A DNA stretch of 64,000 nt from a bacterium (GTDB taxonomy: Bacteria; Bacillota_I; Bacilli_A; RFN20; CAG-826): the NCBI GenBank assembly GCA_029098125.1, contig JAQXNS010000003.1, positions 2,845-66,844 of the forward strand, in the 5' to 3' direction. Below the pieces are notes generated by a model. The model was not told the DNA's origin. It ran no database searches and worked only from the letters and a program-made list of their open reading frames with translations. This document shows positions 46,087-56,031 of this stretch, one piece after another; positions within the stretch are counted from its first letter, which is position 1, and each line of letters begins with the position of its first letter. The translations under genes were made by a program, and so were the position numbers.

Positions 46087-47283
46087 TTACTCCATCGAGT
46101 AATATTTATAGAGACATTTATAGTATTTATATTCTTCTTGATGCATAACTATTTCTACGATTTTAGCAACATTTTTAGAAAGAGTTAGATACATAAAAAG
46201 ATGGAACAATATAAAATTTAGCGAAATTGAATCAGAAAGAGATGAATAAACTAAAGATAAAATTCCAGCAATAAAAATGACTATATAATTTTTTAAGTTT
46301 TCTAAATTTACATAACGATATGTTTTATTTTGGATTAAAACCATCCTAGATTTAAAATCCATTTTTGATGTAATTCGATCTTCGAAAATGTTTCTTTCTA
46401 AATTATCAATTTCATATGTATCACTTTTGAAGCATTTTTGTTGAACAAAAGTCATAATCAACATCGTTGAAACGATAATTATGAAATTTAAAATATTTAA
46501 ATATGAGTTAAAACCTAAAATTAGTAAGCCAAAACCTGTAACTAATATAAGATTAGCTATTTGCATAGGTGTTCCAAGGTGCAATTTCTTAAAATTTGTC
46601 ATTTGTATATAACGATCTTTAAAATCAACTGCCAATCCATTAAAAACAGTATTCATAATCTTCTTGTCAAAATATTTCATTTCTTTTATAACTAAAAACT
46701 TATAAAAAATTTCGCATACTATAAATGCAGCTAAAAAAATCAATGGAATATAGAATTTTATTTCTGTATCGATTGTCGACATTGCTAATGCAAGTATTAA
46801 AAAAGATACAAATTGCAAAGCTAAAACCCCGTATGAAAATAAAGGAGGTACAATTTTAATTTTTGGACACTTATAATCTTTATAAAAAACTTCTTTAATT
46901 TCTAAGCATGAGCCATCCCAAATTCGATTCAATTCGCTAATTGTATAGTAAATTTTGCCTCTTTTTGGATCATAAACGGTAATTTTTTCTCTTTTTATCT
47001 TTCTAATTAGGACCATGTGCAAAGTATTACCATCTTTTACTGGGATTAATAATGGCAATTTACTCTCTTTTAAAAGATCGTCTTTGTATTTAAATCTAAA
47101 TGCAGTCAAAATAACGCCTTCACCTTTGGCAAGCTTTATTATTTCTTCAAGTGAATAACTTCTATCGATATCATTTTGTTGATAATACAAATAATCTTTA
47201 TTTTTATGTGTAATTGCTAAAAGCATTTTTAAGCAGGCAAATGCACAATCTTTTTGGCCTAATTGTCGTATGAAATATTTCAT
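46087..47283 (-). CDS. Peptidase C39 domain / transmembrane protein without an ABC ATPase domain
   Basis: N-terminal Q-x5-C (QLGQKDCAFACLKML) and HMVLI...ITVYDP match the C39 Cys/His/Asp pattern. About 6 hydrophobic helices follow. The protein ends at 398 aa with no Walker motifs. Confidence 0.65.
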   Translation of the reverse strand: MKYFIRQLGQKDCAFACLKMLLAITHKNKDYLYYQQNDIDRSYSLEEIIKLAKGEGVILTAFRFKYKDDLLKESKLPLLIPVKDGNTLHMVLIRKIKREKITVYDPKRGKIYYTISELNRIWDGSCLEIKEVFYKDYKCPKIKIVPPLFSYGVLALQFVSFLILALAMSTIDTEIKFYIPLIFLAAFIVCEIFYKFLVIKEMKYFDKKIMNTVFNGLAVDFKDRYIQMTNFKKLHLGTPMQIANLILVTGFGLLILGFNSYLNILNFIIIVSTMLIMTFVQQKCFKSDTYEIDNLERNIFEDRITSKMDFKSRMVLIQNKTYRYVNLENLKNYIVIFIAGILSLVYSSLSDSISLNFILFHLFMYLTLSKNVAKIVEIVMHQEEYKYYKCLYKYYSME

Positions 47284-47290
47284 AAAAAAA

Positions 47291-47336
47291 CTCCTTTCAC
47301 ATAAATAAAAGGAGTCAAAATTAATTTTTTTAAAAA
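47291..47336 (-). promoter_or_regulatory. 46-bp leader, copy B, with SD-sequestering hairpin
   Basis: Reverse complement is identical to 22144-22189. The stem 47291-47297 / 47308-47314 contains the SD of the C39 gene. On the minus strand it is followed by U7 and then ATG, so it could also terminate rpsU transcripts. Confidence 0.75.
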
Positions 47337-47355
47337 ATATTTCAATTTTTTTAAA

Positions 47356-47529
47356 TTATCTATATTTTTTTCTTGCGTTTTCGCTTTTTAATTTTCTTTT
47401 AAGATTTTTCTTTAAAAAGCATTCTCTTCTTCTGCATTCTTGGATAGTTCCAGCTTTATTAACTTGTCTTTTGAATCTACGTAATGCATCATCGAGTGTT
47501 TCGCCATCTCTAATTACTACTTTTGACAT
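47356..47529 (-). CDS. rpsU: 30S ribosomal protein S21
   Basis: Not in the ORF track. My translation is [57 protein letters not shown] (57 aa). SD GGAGGTGAAGG. Confidence 0.9.
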   Translation of the reverse strand: MSKVVIRDGETLDDALRRFKRQVNKAGTIQECRRRECFLKKNLKRKLKSENARKKYR

Positions 47530-47598
47530 CTCACCTTCACCTCCTTCGCTAAATGCTATAAAAGTTTACTAAATCAATAATTAATTTTCAATATATTT

Positions 47599-48234
47599 TT
47601 ACATTAATTTAGCGCCTGAACTTGTGCCAATTCTTGTTGCGCCATTTTCGATCATTTCTAACATTTCTTCGTGAGTTCTTACTCCACCTGCAGCTTTAAC
47701 ACCCATTAATGGTCCTACTGTTTCTCTCATTAACTTAATATCTTCTTTTGTTGCACCCCATTTTGAGAAACCAGTACTTGTTTTAACAAAATCTGCTCCT
47801 GCTTCTTTTGCTAACTTACATGCAATAACTTTTTCTTCGTCAGTTAATAAGCAGCATTCAATGATTACTTTTAATACTTTTTTGCCAACTGCGCCTTTAA
47901 TTTGTTCGATTTCTGTTTTTACATAATCATATTGTTTGTCTTTTAACATTGAAATATTTATGACCATATCAACTTCATCAGCGCCTTTTTTAACAGCGTC
48001 CATGGCTTCAAAAACTTTGGCTTCTGTTGTCATGCTTCCTAAAGGAAAGCCAATAACTGTACAAATTAAAACGTCACTCCCTTTTAAAAATTCTTTTGCA
48101 GCTTTAATAAAACATGGATTAATGCAAACTGATTTAAAATCATAAATTTTGCTTTCCTCACATAATCTTTTAATGTCTTCGATTGTTGCATCTGCTTTTA
48201 ATATTGTGTTATCAATAAATTTGTTATATTTCAT
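47599..48234 (-). CDS. deoC: Deoxyribose-phosphate aldolase
   Basis: 211 aa with Schiff-base region [10 protein letters not shown] and CINP...VIGFPLG. Confidence 0.92.
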   Translation of the reverse strand: MKYNKFIDNTILKADATIEDIKRLCEESKIYDFKSVCINPCFIKAAKEFLKGSDVLICTVIGFPLGSMTTEAKVFEAMDAVKKGADEVDMVINISMLKDKQYDYVKTEIEQIKGAVGKKVLKVIIECCLLTDEEKVIACKLAKEAGADFVKTSTGFSKWGATKEDIKLMRETVGPLMGVKAAGGVRTHEEMLEMIENGATRIGTSSGAKLM

Positions 48235-48279
48235 TTTTTAACTCCTAATTTATTAAATTTATTTCATTTTTGTTTTGCA

Positions 48280-48356
48280 CTATCTACTAGAAATGTACTA
48301 GAAACATACTAGATATATACTAGAAACCTACTAGAAATGTACTAGAAATCTACTAG
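48280..48356 (-). repeat. 11-bp CTAGTA tandem-repeat array 5 (7 units, minus orientation)
   Basis: Forward strand reads CTATCTACTAG AAATGTACTAG AAACATACTAG ATATATACTAG AAACCTACTAG AAATGTACTAG AAATCTACTAG. The last unit contains the TAG stop (48353-48355) of the upstream pseudogene. Confidence 0.97.
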
Positions 48357-49299
48357 TTAGTGTTTTTTTGTATTTTTGATATTAAATCCATTACTTTTTG
48401 TGTATCGCTGTGTGGCATTGATTTTGTTTCAATTTTTTTGTTAGTTATTGCGTCGTAACACTCATAAAATTGATATTCGTAGCCATTTATTTGATCAACA
48501 AATTTCTTTGTACTGATAAGATTTCCGCTATTATCATAAACAATTATTTGGTATGGATTATTTATATTATCAACGTATAAATATCCTTTTGATCCATAAA
48601 TATAACCGCTTCTATCTGATCTTCCTTTCATGGAAGAATATAAAATTGCGGATACATTATTTGGGTAAATTAAATGTATGATGTCGGTTTCGTCTACCCC
48701 ATTGTTCATAAATAAAGTCGATTTTACGTCAATATAATTGTCTCCTAGAACCATTAATGCAAAATTTATTGGATAAACTCCTACATCCAATAGGGCTCCA
48801 CCACCAAGTTCTTTCTTGATTAATCTTTCAATATTATCGATTTTATATGATAATTTGCTGAAACCAGATAAATATCCCCAATTATTCCATCATTTATCAA
48901 TTCATTGATGTAAATTCTTGATGGCATATATCTTGTCCATATTGCTTCTGCTAAGAAAACATTGTTTTTATGCGATAGTTTGATCAATTCTTCACTTTCT
49001 TTTGAATTAACAGTAAATGATTTTTCAACAATCACGTTCTTTTTAGCTTCTAGGCAAGCTTTTACATCATTAAAATGGTTCGAAATATATGTCGAAACAT
49101 ATACTAAATCAACGTTATCATCTTTTAAAAGATCTTCATAACTTTCATAGGCTTTTTGAAATCCTAGCTCATTTTTATACTCTAAACATCTAGAATAATC
49201 TCTTGAAGCACAGCCAAAAAGAACGAATCTTTCATCGTTTTTTAAAGCTTCTACTATTTTTCTTCCTATTTTGGAACATCCATAAAATGCTAAATTCAT
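48353..49299 (-). pseudogene. Gfo/Idh/MocA-family oxidoreductase, frameshifted
   Basis: ORF 48820-49299 encodes the Rossmann N-domain and ORF 48353-48790 the C-domain. The -1 frame across 48790-48860 reads ...KIDNIERLIKKELGGGALLDVGVY, joining the two, so a single frameshift lies near 48830-48865. Confidence 0.7.
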
Positions 49300-49341
49300 G
49301 GTTTAATTATACAAAGTTTTTTATTTAATAAAAATAATCAA

Positions 49342-49364
49342 ATAAAAAACTCCTTTCGGAGTTT
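49342..49364 (-). terminator. Rho-independent terminator after rpmF
   Basis: AAACTCC (49347-49353) / GGAGTTT (49358-49364) with loop TTTC. A T run follows on the minus strand. Confidence 0.7.
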
Positions 49365-49375
49365 CACCTAGTTAC

Positions 49376-49549
49376 TTATTTTTTAATAACTTGTTTTCCG
49401 TCGTAATAACCACATTTTGGGCAAACTGTATGTGATTTAATCATTTCACCACAGTGTGAACAAACTGTAACACCTGTAACGTGTAATTTATAGTGTGTTC
49501 TTCTCATTCTTTTTGTAGTTTTACTAGTTCTTCTAAATGGTACTGCCAT
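49376..49549 (-). CDS. rpmF: 50S ribosomal protein L32
   Basis: Not in the ORF track. My translation is [57 protein letters not shown] (57 aa). SD AAGGAG. Confidence 0.9.
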   Translation of the reverse strand: MAVPFRRTSKTTKRMRRTHYKLHVTGVTVCSHCGEMIKSHTVCPKCGYYDGKQVIKK

Positions 49550-49574
49550 ACTAAATTCTCCTTAAGCAAGATAT

Positions 49575-49602
49575 ATTATAGTCAATTCAAAAAGTGTGTC
49601 AA
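49575..49602 (-). promoter_or_regulatory. Consensus sigma-A promoter for rpmF (TTGACA-16 nt-TATAAT)
   Basis: Minus-strand reading: TTGACA cactttttgaattgac TATAAT atatcttgcttAAGGAGaatttagt ATG. Confidence 0.65.
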
Positions 49603-49637
49603 CAAATATTTTTGATATTTTTTAAAATTCAACGAAA

Positions 49638-49657
49638 ATATCGAATTAATTCGGTAT
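49638..49657 (-). terminator. Terminator hairpin after mtaB
   Basis: ATATCGAATTAATTCGGTAT is an imperfect palindrome flanked by A/T runs. It shares the core TCGAATTAATTCG with the terminator at 31625-31640. Confidence 0.5.
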
Positions 49658-49675
49658 TTTTAAATTTTGACACTG

Positions 49676-50968
49676 TCAAAAATCTAGTTTATTTTCTTTA
49701 TCAAATTTCAATCTTACTACTTCATTAACTATGTTTTTGTTGCTAAAAATTTTAGTTTCTAAGTAATTTGATGAATGTCCAACAAATGCTTGCAATTTAG
49801 AATCGTAGTTTTCGCATAAAAATTCTATCTCTTGCCCATAAAATCTACTTGAATATTCTTCTTCAAGCAGTTTTGAAAGGCTTAAAAGGCGATTAACACG
49901 ATCTTTTTTTGTTTTTGGATCTATTTTGTCTTTTCTTTTAGACGCTACAGTTCCTGCTCGATCTGAATATGGGAAAACATGGATTTTTGAAAAGTTAATT
50001 TTTTTACAAAAATCATAAGTTTCTTGAAAATCTTCTTCAGTTTCACCAGGAAATCCAACAATTACATCAGTTGTAATTGAAATATCTGGTCTTATTTCTC
50101 TAATTTTTGAGATTTTTTCAAAAAAAGATGGAATATTATATTTTCTGTTCATGTTTTTTATAACTGAAGCACTGCCACTTTGAAGTGGCATATGTAAATG
50201 ATTAGCTAAAATTTGATTATTTTTTAACAAATCGATAAATTTTTCATCAATTTGACTTTCTTCAAGACTAGAAATTCTTAATCTATATAAATTATTTGTT
50301 TTTTGAAGTATTTCTTCTATTAAATCACTAAAAGTGATTTTTTCATTTAAATCTAGCCCATAACTTGACATATCTATACCAGTTAAAACGATTTCTTTGT
50401 ATCCATTTTGAACTAAATTGTTAATTTCTTTTAAAATGTCATCTTTATTTCTGCTTCTTGAGCGGCCTCTGACATATGGAATCAAACAATAAGAACAATA
50501 ATTATTGCAACCATCTTGAATTTTTACATATGCACGAGTATTAAATTGGAAACGATCTAATTTTAGATTCTCATACCTTTTAATTGTGTTATTTTCATCA
50601 ATTTTGATGATTTTTTCGTTATTTTCTTTAAATTTTTCAACTAAATCGAATAATTCATCTCTATGCGATGTTCCAATACAAATATCTGCTCCAAGTTCAT
50701 CGATGATATATTGATATCCATATTGAGCATAACAGCCCATAACAACTAAAATTGAATTTGGATAAGTTCTTTTAAATTTTCTTATAGTTTTTTTGTCTTT
50801 TGTGACACTCGTTTCGGTAACTGCACAAGTATTTACCACTATTACATCAGGTTGATCGTTTGAAGATTCATTAAAAAAAGAGTAGCCATGATTTATAAAA
50901 TCTTTTGCTACACATTCAGCTTCATAACTGTTGACTTTGCAACCTAAAAATTCAATTAAAATCGTCAT
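49676..50968 (-). CDS. mtaB: tRNA t6A37 methylthiotransferase MtaB (radical SAM, MiaB-like)
   Basis: N-terminal UPF0004 cysteines, radical-SAM CNNYCSYC, a C-terminal TRAM-like region, and the position after rsmE. Confidence 0.85.
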   Translation of the reverse strand: MTILIEFLGCKVNSYEAECVAKDFINHGYSFFNESSNDQPDVIVVNTCAVTETSVTKDKKTIRKFKRTYPNSILVVMGCYAQYGYQYIIDELGADICIGTSHRDELFDLVEKFKENNEKIIKIDENNTIKRYENLKLDRFQFNTRAYVKIQDGCNNYCSYCLIPYVRGRSRSRNKDDILKEINNLVQNGYKEIVLTGIDMSSYGLDLNEKITFSDLIEEILQKTNNLYRLRISSLEESQIDEKFIDLLKNNQILANHLHMPLQSGSASVIKNMNRKYNIPSFFEKISKIREIRPDISITTDVIVGFPGETEEDFQETYDFCKKINFSKIHVFPYSDRAGTVASKRKDKIDPKTKKDRVNRLLSLSKLLEEEYSSRFYGQEIEFLCENYDSKLQAFVGHSSNYLETKIFSNKNIVNEVVRLKFDKENKLDF

Positions 50969-51726
50969 AATTTTGATGTTTTACATATTTTCCTAAAAAC
51001 ATGATAACTAATTAAATCATTTTTATATAAAAGATATACAAAATGATTAAAATCATTATTGTAATACGCTTGGACTAAAGGCTTAACTTTATCGATAATG
51101 TTATATTTATGTGGATTTTTCATATATTTATCAAATAAATAAATGACATTGTCCACTGTACCTTGCTTATTTATTATAACAATTGCATTAAAATCGTAAT
51201 GATAAAATGCAACACTTGTAAAAGATTCATCAATTTTCACTAATTGAGTAAATAGAGATGAAAATAAATCAACATTATAGCTTTCAAATGGATCTATAAT
51301 GAAAGAATCATATTTTTTTGCCAAACTTATGTATGGATATTGAAATACTTTTTCATTTTCCTCACCATAAACTATATTTGTTGATTTATTAAAAAATGGA
51401 ACATAAACTTTGTAATTTCCATATTTAATATATGGCAAATCGCATATTCTTTCTTTTATTCGCATTTTTATTTTTTCAGTACTTTCATTTTGATTTGTAA
51501 CGTATTCTTCATCAATAATTGAATCTAGTTCTTCTTTATTTATAATTGAACGAATAATTATGTTTGCTTTAACAATGTCAAAATCATCTTCAATATCTAA
51601 ATATTTATTGAATGCAGCATTACTTTTAAGCATACCTTTAAATTTTTTAAAAAAAGTATACTCTTCACTTCTTTTGATAGCTTTTTTATTACGTGCTTTC
51701 TTTAGTATCTTAAATATTTGACCCAT
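50965..51726 (-). CDS. Hypothetical protein (253 aa)
   Basis: Intact ORF translationally coupled (4-nt overlap) to mtaB. No recognisable motif. Confidence 0.5.
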   Translation of the reverse strand: MGQIFKILKKARNKKAIKRSEEYTFFKKFKGMLKSNAAFNKYLDIEDDFDIVKANIIIRSIINKEELDSIIDEEYVTNQNESTEKIKMRIKERICDLPYIKYGNYKVYVPFFNKSTNIVYGEENEKVFQYPYISLAKKYDSFIIDPFESYNVDLFSSLFTQLVKIDESFTSVAFYHYDFNAIVIINKQGTVDNVIYLFDKYMKNPHKYNIIDKVKPLVQAYYNNDFNHFVYLLYKNDLISYHVFRKICKTSKL

Positions 51727-51729
51727 AGT

Positions 51730-52446
51730 TTACCTATCCATATAAAAAGATAATAAAGAAAGAATGTAAAAACAAGCAGTTTCACTTCTTAAAATCCTTT
51801 TTCCTAGTGAAATTTCTTTATAATTTAATGAAATTGCATAGTTGACTTCGTCTTTAGATAATCCACCTTCAGCGCCAACAATGACATTTACAGTCTTATT
51901 TCTTGAATTTTTTAATTCAATTTCTAAGTCATCAAGTGTCATTTTTGTGTTTTCGTATGCAATTAATGATAAATCAGCTGGATAATCTTTAATATTTTTA
52001 AAAGAGATAACATCTTTTAAAATAGGCAAAACAGTTCTTTTTGATTGCTCTGCTGCTTCTTTAATGATTTTTGAAAAACGAAGTAGCTTCTTTTCTTTGT
52101 TTTCGTTAGTAATCTTTGCAATTGATCTTTCAGAATTGATTAAAACTATTTCATTTACACCTAATTCAGCTGCTTTTTGTATTACTAAATCAATTTTTTC
52201 ACCTTTTGGGATGCAATAAAGAAGTCTAATATATCCATGTATTTCGTGATTTTCTTCTTTTTTCTCTAAAATTTCATAAGAAAAAGGTGAAGTTTCTTTC
52301 ACTGAACATAGATAGATATCACCATCTAAGTTAAGTTCGAAACAGTCACCTTTTTTCATTCTCATAACTTTTGTGATATGAAAAATATCATCGTTTGCAA
52401 TGATTATTTCATGTTTTGAATTTTTTGAAGCAAAATATCTTTGCAT
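51730..52446 (-). CDS. rsmE: 16S rRNA (uracil1498-N3)-methyltransferase RsmE
   Basis: MQRYF..., PUA-like N-domain, and SPOUT C-domain (IVGAEGGLSKDEV...LGKRILRSETA). Confidence 0.88.
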   Translation of the reverse strand: MQRYFASKNSKHEIIIANDDIFHITKVMRMKKGDCFELNLDGDIYLCSVKETSPFSYEILEKKEENHEIHGYIRLLYCIPKGEKIDLVIQKAAELGVNEIVLINSERSIAKITNENKEKKLLRFSKIIKEAAEQSKRTVLPILKDVISFKNIKDYPADLSLIAYENTKMTLDDLEIELKNSRNKTVNVIVGAEGGLSKDEVNYAISLNYKEISLGKRILRSETACFYILSLLSFYMDR

Positions 52447-52910
52447 TAACGAACAAAGACCCCGTTTGAATCCTTTTTATTTTTTGTATAAAATCTTGTG
52501 ATTCCAAGGATAAAATAAATTATAAACAAAAAAATAAATGCAAATATATAATGATAATAGAAATCAAAAACTAAACTTGAATTTATTAAAGGAAGAAGGA
52601 AAAGTGAAGCAGTTCCTAAAACTGCAGTAATTACAAAATTGATTATAATTCTATAAAAACCATACTTTTTAAAGCCTAAATAGAAACAATCTGCACCAAA
52701 AAATCCTAAAAACATACAATAAAGTGCCATAATTTTTTTACTGTGTTGCTTAAATGGCTTAATTTTGTCTTTTGAAATTGTATCAATTGTTTGTGTGATA
52801 TCTTGTGTTAAATATTCACTTCCTTCAAAAGGTTTCTTTCCACCACAAAAAGGACAGATTTCTCTGTCGAATTTTGTAATATTTTCATGACAATATCTAC
52901 ACTTTGGCAT
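52446..52910 (-). CDS. Zinc-ribbon / TM2-domain membrane protein
   Basis: N-terminal CRYC...CPFCGG ribbon and a TM2-like segment ALYCMFLGFFGADCFYLGFKKYG. Confidence 0.6.
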   Translation of the reverse strand: MPKCRYCHENITKFDREICPFCGGKKPFEGSEYLTQDITQTIDTISKDKIKPFKQHSKKIMALYCMFLGFFGADCFYLGFKKYGFYRIIINFVITAVLGTASLFLLPLINSSLVFDFYYHYIFAFIFLFIIYFILGITRFYTKNKKDSNGVFVR

Positions 52911-52949
52911 ATTTTTTCTCTTTCAGCATTAAATTCTAACATTTAAAAG

Positions 52950-54101
52950 TTACTTTTTAAATGCTCTTTTAAATTTGTCAAAAAAATTGTCGCCTGCTTT
53001 TGAAGCTTTTTTGTATGCTTCAAGAGCTGCTTTTTGATCTTTGTTTAAATATGTTGGTGTTTTTAAGTTTATATGCACATATTCATTGCCATATGTTCCA
53101 TTTCTTAAATCTTTTGCACCTTTTCCCTTAATTGATAATACATCATTTGGTTGAGTGCCAGCTGGAATTTTTAATTCACTTTCTCCATAAACTGTTGGAA
53201 CGCTAATTGTTGTTCCTAAGCAAGCATCAACAAAGTCAAGTGGAATATCTATATGGATATCGTTTCCATCACGGGTGAAGAAATCATGTTTTGCAACGAT
53301 AACTTCAATATAAAGATCTCCATTTGATCCACCATTGTATCCTCTATCGCCTTTTCCAGCGACTCTGATTTGTTGTCCACTTTGAATACCTGCTGGAATT
53401 TTGACATTTATATCTTTTTTAACTTTTGTATAACCTTGACCATTGCATTTTGGACAAGAAGTTTTAACTTTTCTACCAGTTCCATGGCAATCCGGACATA
53501 TATTTTCAGATTGAATGATGCCAAAAATGCTTCTTTGCTGAGTTAATATCCTACCTCTACCATGACATCTTGGACATTCTGTGAATTCAGTGCCATTTAA
53601 TGCGCCTGTTCCTTTACAATCTGAGCAAGTTTCTTCATATGTTAATGGAATTGTGACTTCTTTACCGTTTATTGAATCCATGAAGCCAATTTTTATTCTC
53701 ATTAATGAGTCATCACCTCTTTGTGGGTCATTTGAGCGAGTTCTAGATTGAGAGAATCCCCCACCAAAACCACCAAACATCTTACTCAAAATGTCATTTA
53801 AATCATCAAATGAGCCACCATTGAAGTTAAATCCTTCAAATCCGCTGCCACTAAATGGGTTTGCACCACCTGCAGTTTGATCAAATGCTGCACTTCCGTA
53901 TGTATCGTAACGTTTACGTTTATCTGGATCGCTTAAAACACTGAATGCTTCAGAACATTCTTTAAATTTTTCAGCATCACCAGTTTCTTTATTATCTGGA
54001 TGATATTTTTTAGCTAATTGTCTATAGGCTTTTTTAATTTCGTCTTGAGTTGCAGATTTATTTACGCCTAAAACATCATAATAATCTCTTTTTTCTGCCA
54101 T
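52950..54101 (-). CDS. dnaJ: Molecular chaperone DnaJ
   Basis: J domain (DYYDVLGV...HPD), G/F region and four CxxCxGxG repeats. The ATG at 54101 follows AGAGGTGA. The ORF-track GTG at 54110 lies inside the SD. Confidence 0.93.
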   Translation of the reverse strand: MAEKRDYYDVLGVNKSATQDEIKKAYRQLAKKYHPDNKETGDAEKFKECSEAFSVLSDPDKRKRYDTYGSAAFDQTAGGANPFSGSGFEGFNFNGGSFDDLNDILSKMFGGFGGGFSQSRTRSNDPQRGDDSLMRIKIGFMDSINGKEVTIPLTYEETCSDCKGTGALNGTEFTECPRCHGRGRILTQQRSIFGIIQSENICPDCHGTGRKVKTSCPKCNGQGYTKVKKDINVKIPAGIQSGQQIRVAGKGDRGYNGGSNGDLYIEVIVAKHDFFTRDGNDIHIDIPLDFVDACLGTTISVPTVYGESELKIPAGTQPNDVLSIKGKGAKDLRNGTYGNEYVHINLKTPTYLNKDQKAALEAYKKASKAGDNFFDKFKRAFKK

Positions 54102-54127
54102 TTTTATCACCTCTTATTAACTTAGTA

Positions 54128-54149
54128 AAGGGAAGTTTGCACTTCCCTT
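54128..54149 (-). promoter_or_regulatory. Intercistronic hairpin between dnaK and dnaJ
   Basis: AAGGGAAGT (54128-54136) / ACTTCCCTT (54141-54149), a 9-bp stem with a 4-nt loop and no clear U tract. Possibly an attenuator or a stabiliser. Confidence 0.45.
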
Positions 54150-54162
54150 ACCTTTAATTTGA

Positions 54163-56004
54163 TTAGTCTGTGAAATCTGCATCAATGACATCATCGTCTT
54201 TTTTAGAATTTGATGTAGATTGATGAGTTTGTTCTTGAGATTCATTACCAGGATTTGGATTACTGCCTTGTTGAGCAGTTTGTTGTTGCATGAATTCAGC
54301 AGCTTTTTCTAAATCGTTGATTTTTGATCTCAATGTGTTCATATCGTTGTTATCAAGAGCTGTTTTTAATTCATCTCTTAATTTTTGTGTTTCTTCTTTT
54401 TGTTTTGCATCGATTGAATCGCCTTTTTCTCTTAAAGCTTGGTCGATTGATGCGATGTAACTTTCAGCTTTATTCTTTAATTCGATGTCAGCTTTACGTT
54501 TTTCATCTTCTTCTTTGTTCATTTCAGCTTCTCTAACCATTCTATCAATTTCTTCTTTTGATAAACCGTTTGAACCACTGATTGTAATTTCTTGTTCTTT
54601 TTGTGAATCAAGATCTTTTGCACTGACTTTAACAATACCGTTGACATCGATACTGAATGTAACTTCGATTCTTGGAGTTCCTCTTGGTGCTGGTTTAATT
54701 CCTGATAATTGGAAGTGACCTAATAACTTGTTATCATGAGCCATTGGTCTTTCACCTTGATAAACCATGATATCAACAGCAGGTTGATTGTCAGCTGCAG
54801 TTGAGAAAATTTGTGATTTTGTTGTAGGGATTGTAGTATTTCTTGGAATTAATGGAGTCATAACGCCACCCATTGTTTCAATACCAAGTGTTAAAGGTGT
54901 AACATCGAGAAGAATAACATCTTTAACATCACCACTTAAGATACCACCTTGATATGCTGCACCGATTGAGACAGCTTCATCTGGATTAACACTTAAGTTA
55001 GGTTTTTTACCAGTAATACGAGCAACTAAGTTTTGAACAGCTGGCATTCTGATTGAACCACCAATTAATAAAACTTCATCAATATCAGAATATGATAATT
55101 TAGCATCTTGAATTGCTTTTTCAAGAGGTGTAATACATCTATCTAAAAGATGTTTTGTCATTGCTTCAAAATTTGCTCTTGTTAATGTTGTTTCAAAGCT
55201 TATAGGACCATTTGCTCCCATTCCGATAAATGGCAATGAAATAGTTGTTGAAAGATTGCTTGAAAGTTCAATTTTTGCTTTTTCTGCTGCATCTTTATAT
55301 CTTTGAAGAGCCATTTTGTCGCAAATATCTTGATTAAATTCAATCTTGATTTGTGCTCTGATCCATTCAGCAACGACATTATCCCAGTCATCGCCACCTA
55401 ATTTGTTATCACCACTTGTTGAAACAACTTCGAATGTACCATCACCGATATCAAGAATTGAAACATCTAATGTACCACCACCTAAGTCGAATACACAGAT
55501 TTTTTCACTCTTATCTTTACCTAAACCATAAGCAAGAGCTGCTGCTGTTGGTTCGTTGATGATTCTAACAACATCAAGACCTGCAATAGTTCCAGCATCT
55601 TTAGTTGCTTGTCTTTGTGCATCGTTGAAGTAAGCTGGACATGTAATAACTGCTTTTTTAATTTCGTGACCAATGTTCTTTTCAGCATATGATTTCATAT
55701 ATGCAAGAACTTTTGCACTAATTTCTTGTGGTGTAAAATCTTTATTAATTGAGTTAATGTGAACTTTATAATCACTACCCATATATCTTTTAATACTTGA
55801 AACTGTATCTGGGTTAGTAATTGCTTGTCTTTTACCTGCATTACCAATAATAACTTCACCATTTGCTTTAAATCCGACAACACTTGGAGTTGTCATTGTT
55901 CCTTCTGGGTTTGGGATAACCTTAACAGTTCCATCACTTTGAAGATAACTAACAACTGAGTTTGTTGTACCTAAATCGATACCTAAAATAATTTCTTTTG
56001 CCAT
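54163..56004 (-). CDS. dnaK: Molecular chaperone DnaK (Hsp70)
   Basis: [20 protein letters not shown], and other full Hsp70 signatures. SD AGGAGG. Confidence 0.97.
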   Translation of the reverse strand: MAKEIILGIDLGTTNSVVSYLQSDGTVKVIPNPEGTMTTPSVVGFKANGEVIIGNAGKRQAITNPDTVSSIKRYMGSDYKVHINSINKDFTPQEISAKVLAYMKSYAEKNIGHEIKKAVITCPAYFNDAQRQATKDAGTIAGLDVVRIINEPTAAALAYGLGKDKSEKICVFDLGGGTLDVSILDIGDGTFEVVSTSGDNKLGGDDWDNVVAEWIRAQIKIEFNQDICDKMALQRYKDAAEKAKIELSSNLSTTISLPFIGMGANGPISFETTLTRANFEAMTKHLLDRCITPLEKAIQDAKLSYSDIDEVLLIGGSIRMPAVQNLVARITGKKPNLSVNPDEAVSIGAAYQGGILSGDVKDVILLDVTPLTLGIETMGGVMTPLIPRNTTIPTTKSQIFSTAADNQPAVDIMVYQGERPMAHDNKLLGHFQLSGIKPAPRGTPRIEVTFSIDVNGIVKVSAKDLDSQKEQEITISGSNGLSKEEIDRMVREAEMNKEEDEKRKADIELKNKAESYIASIDQALREKGDSIDAKQKEETQKLRDELKTALDNNDMNTLRSKINDLEKAAEFMQQQTAQQGSNPNPGNESQEQTHQSTSNSKKDDDVIDADFTD

Positions 56005-56031
56005 AATTTAATCCTCCTGATTAATTTATAT

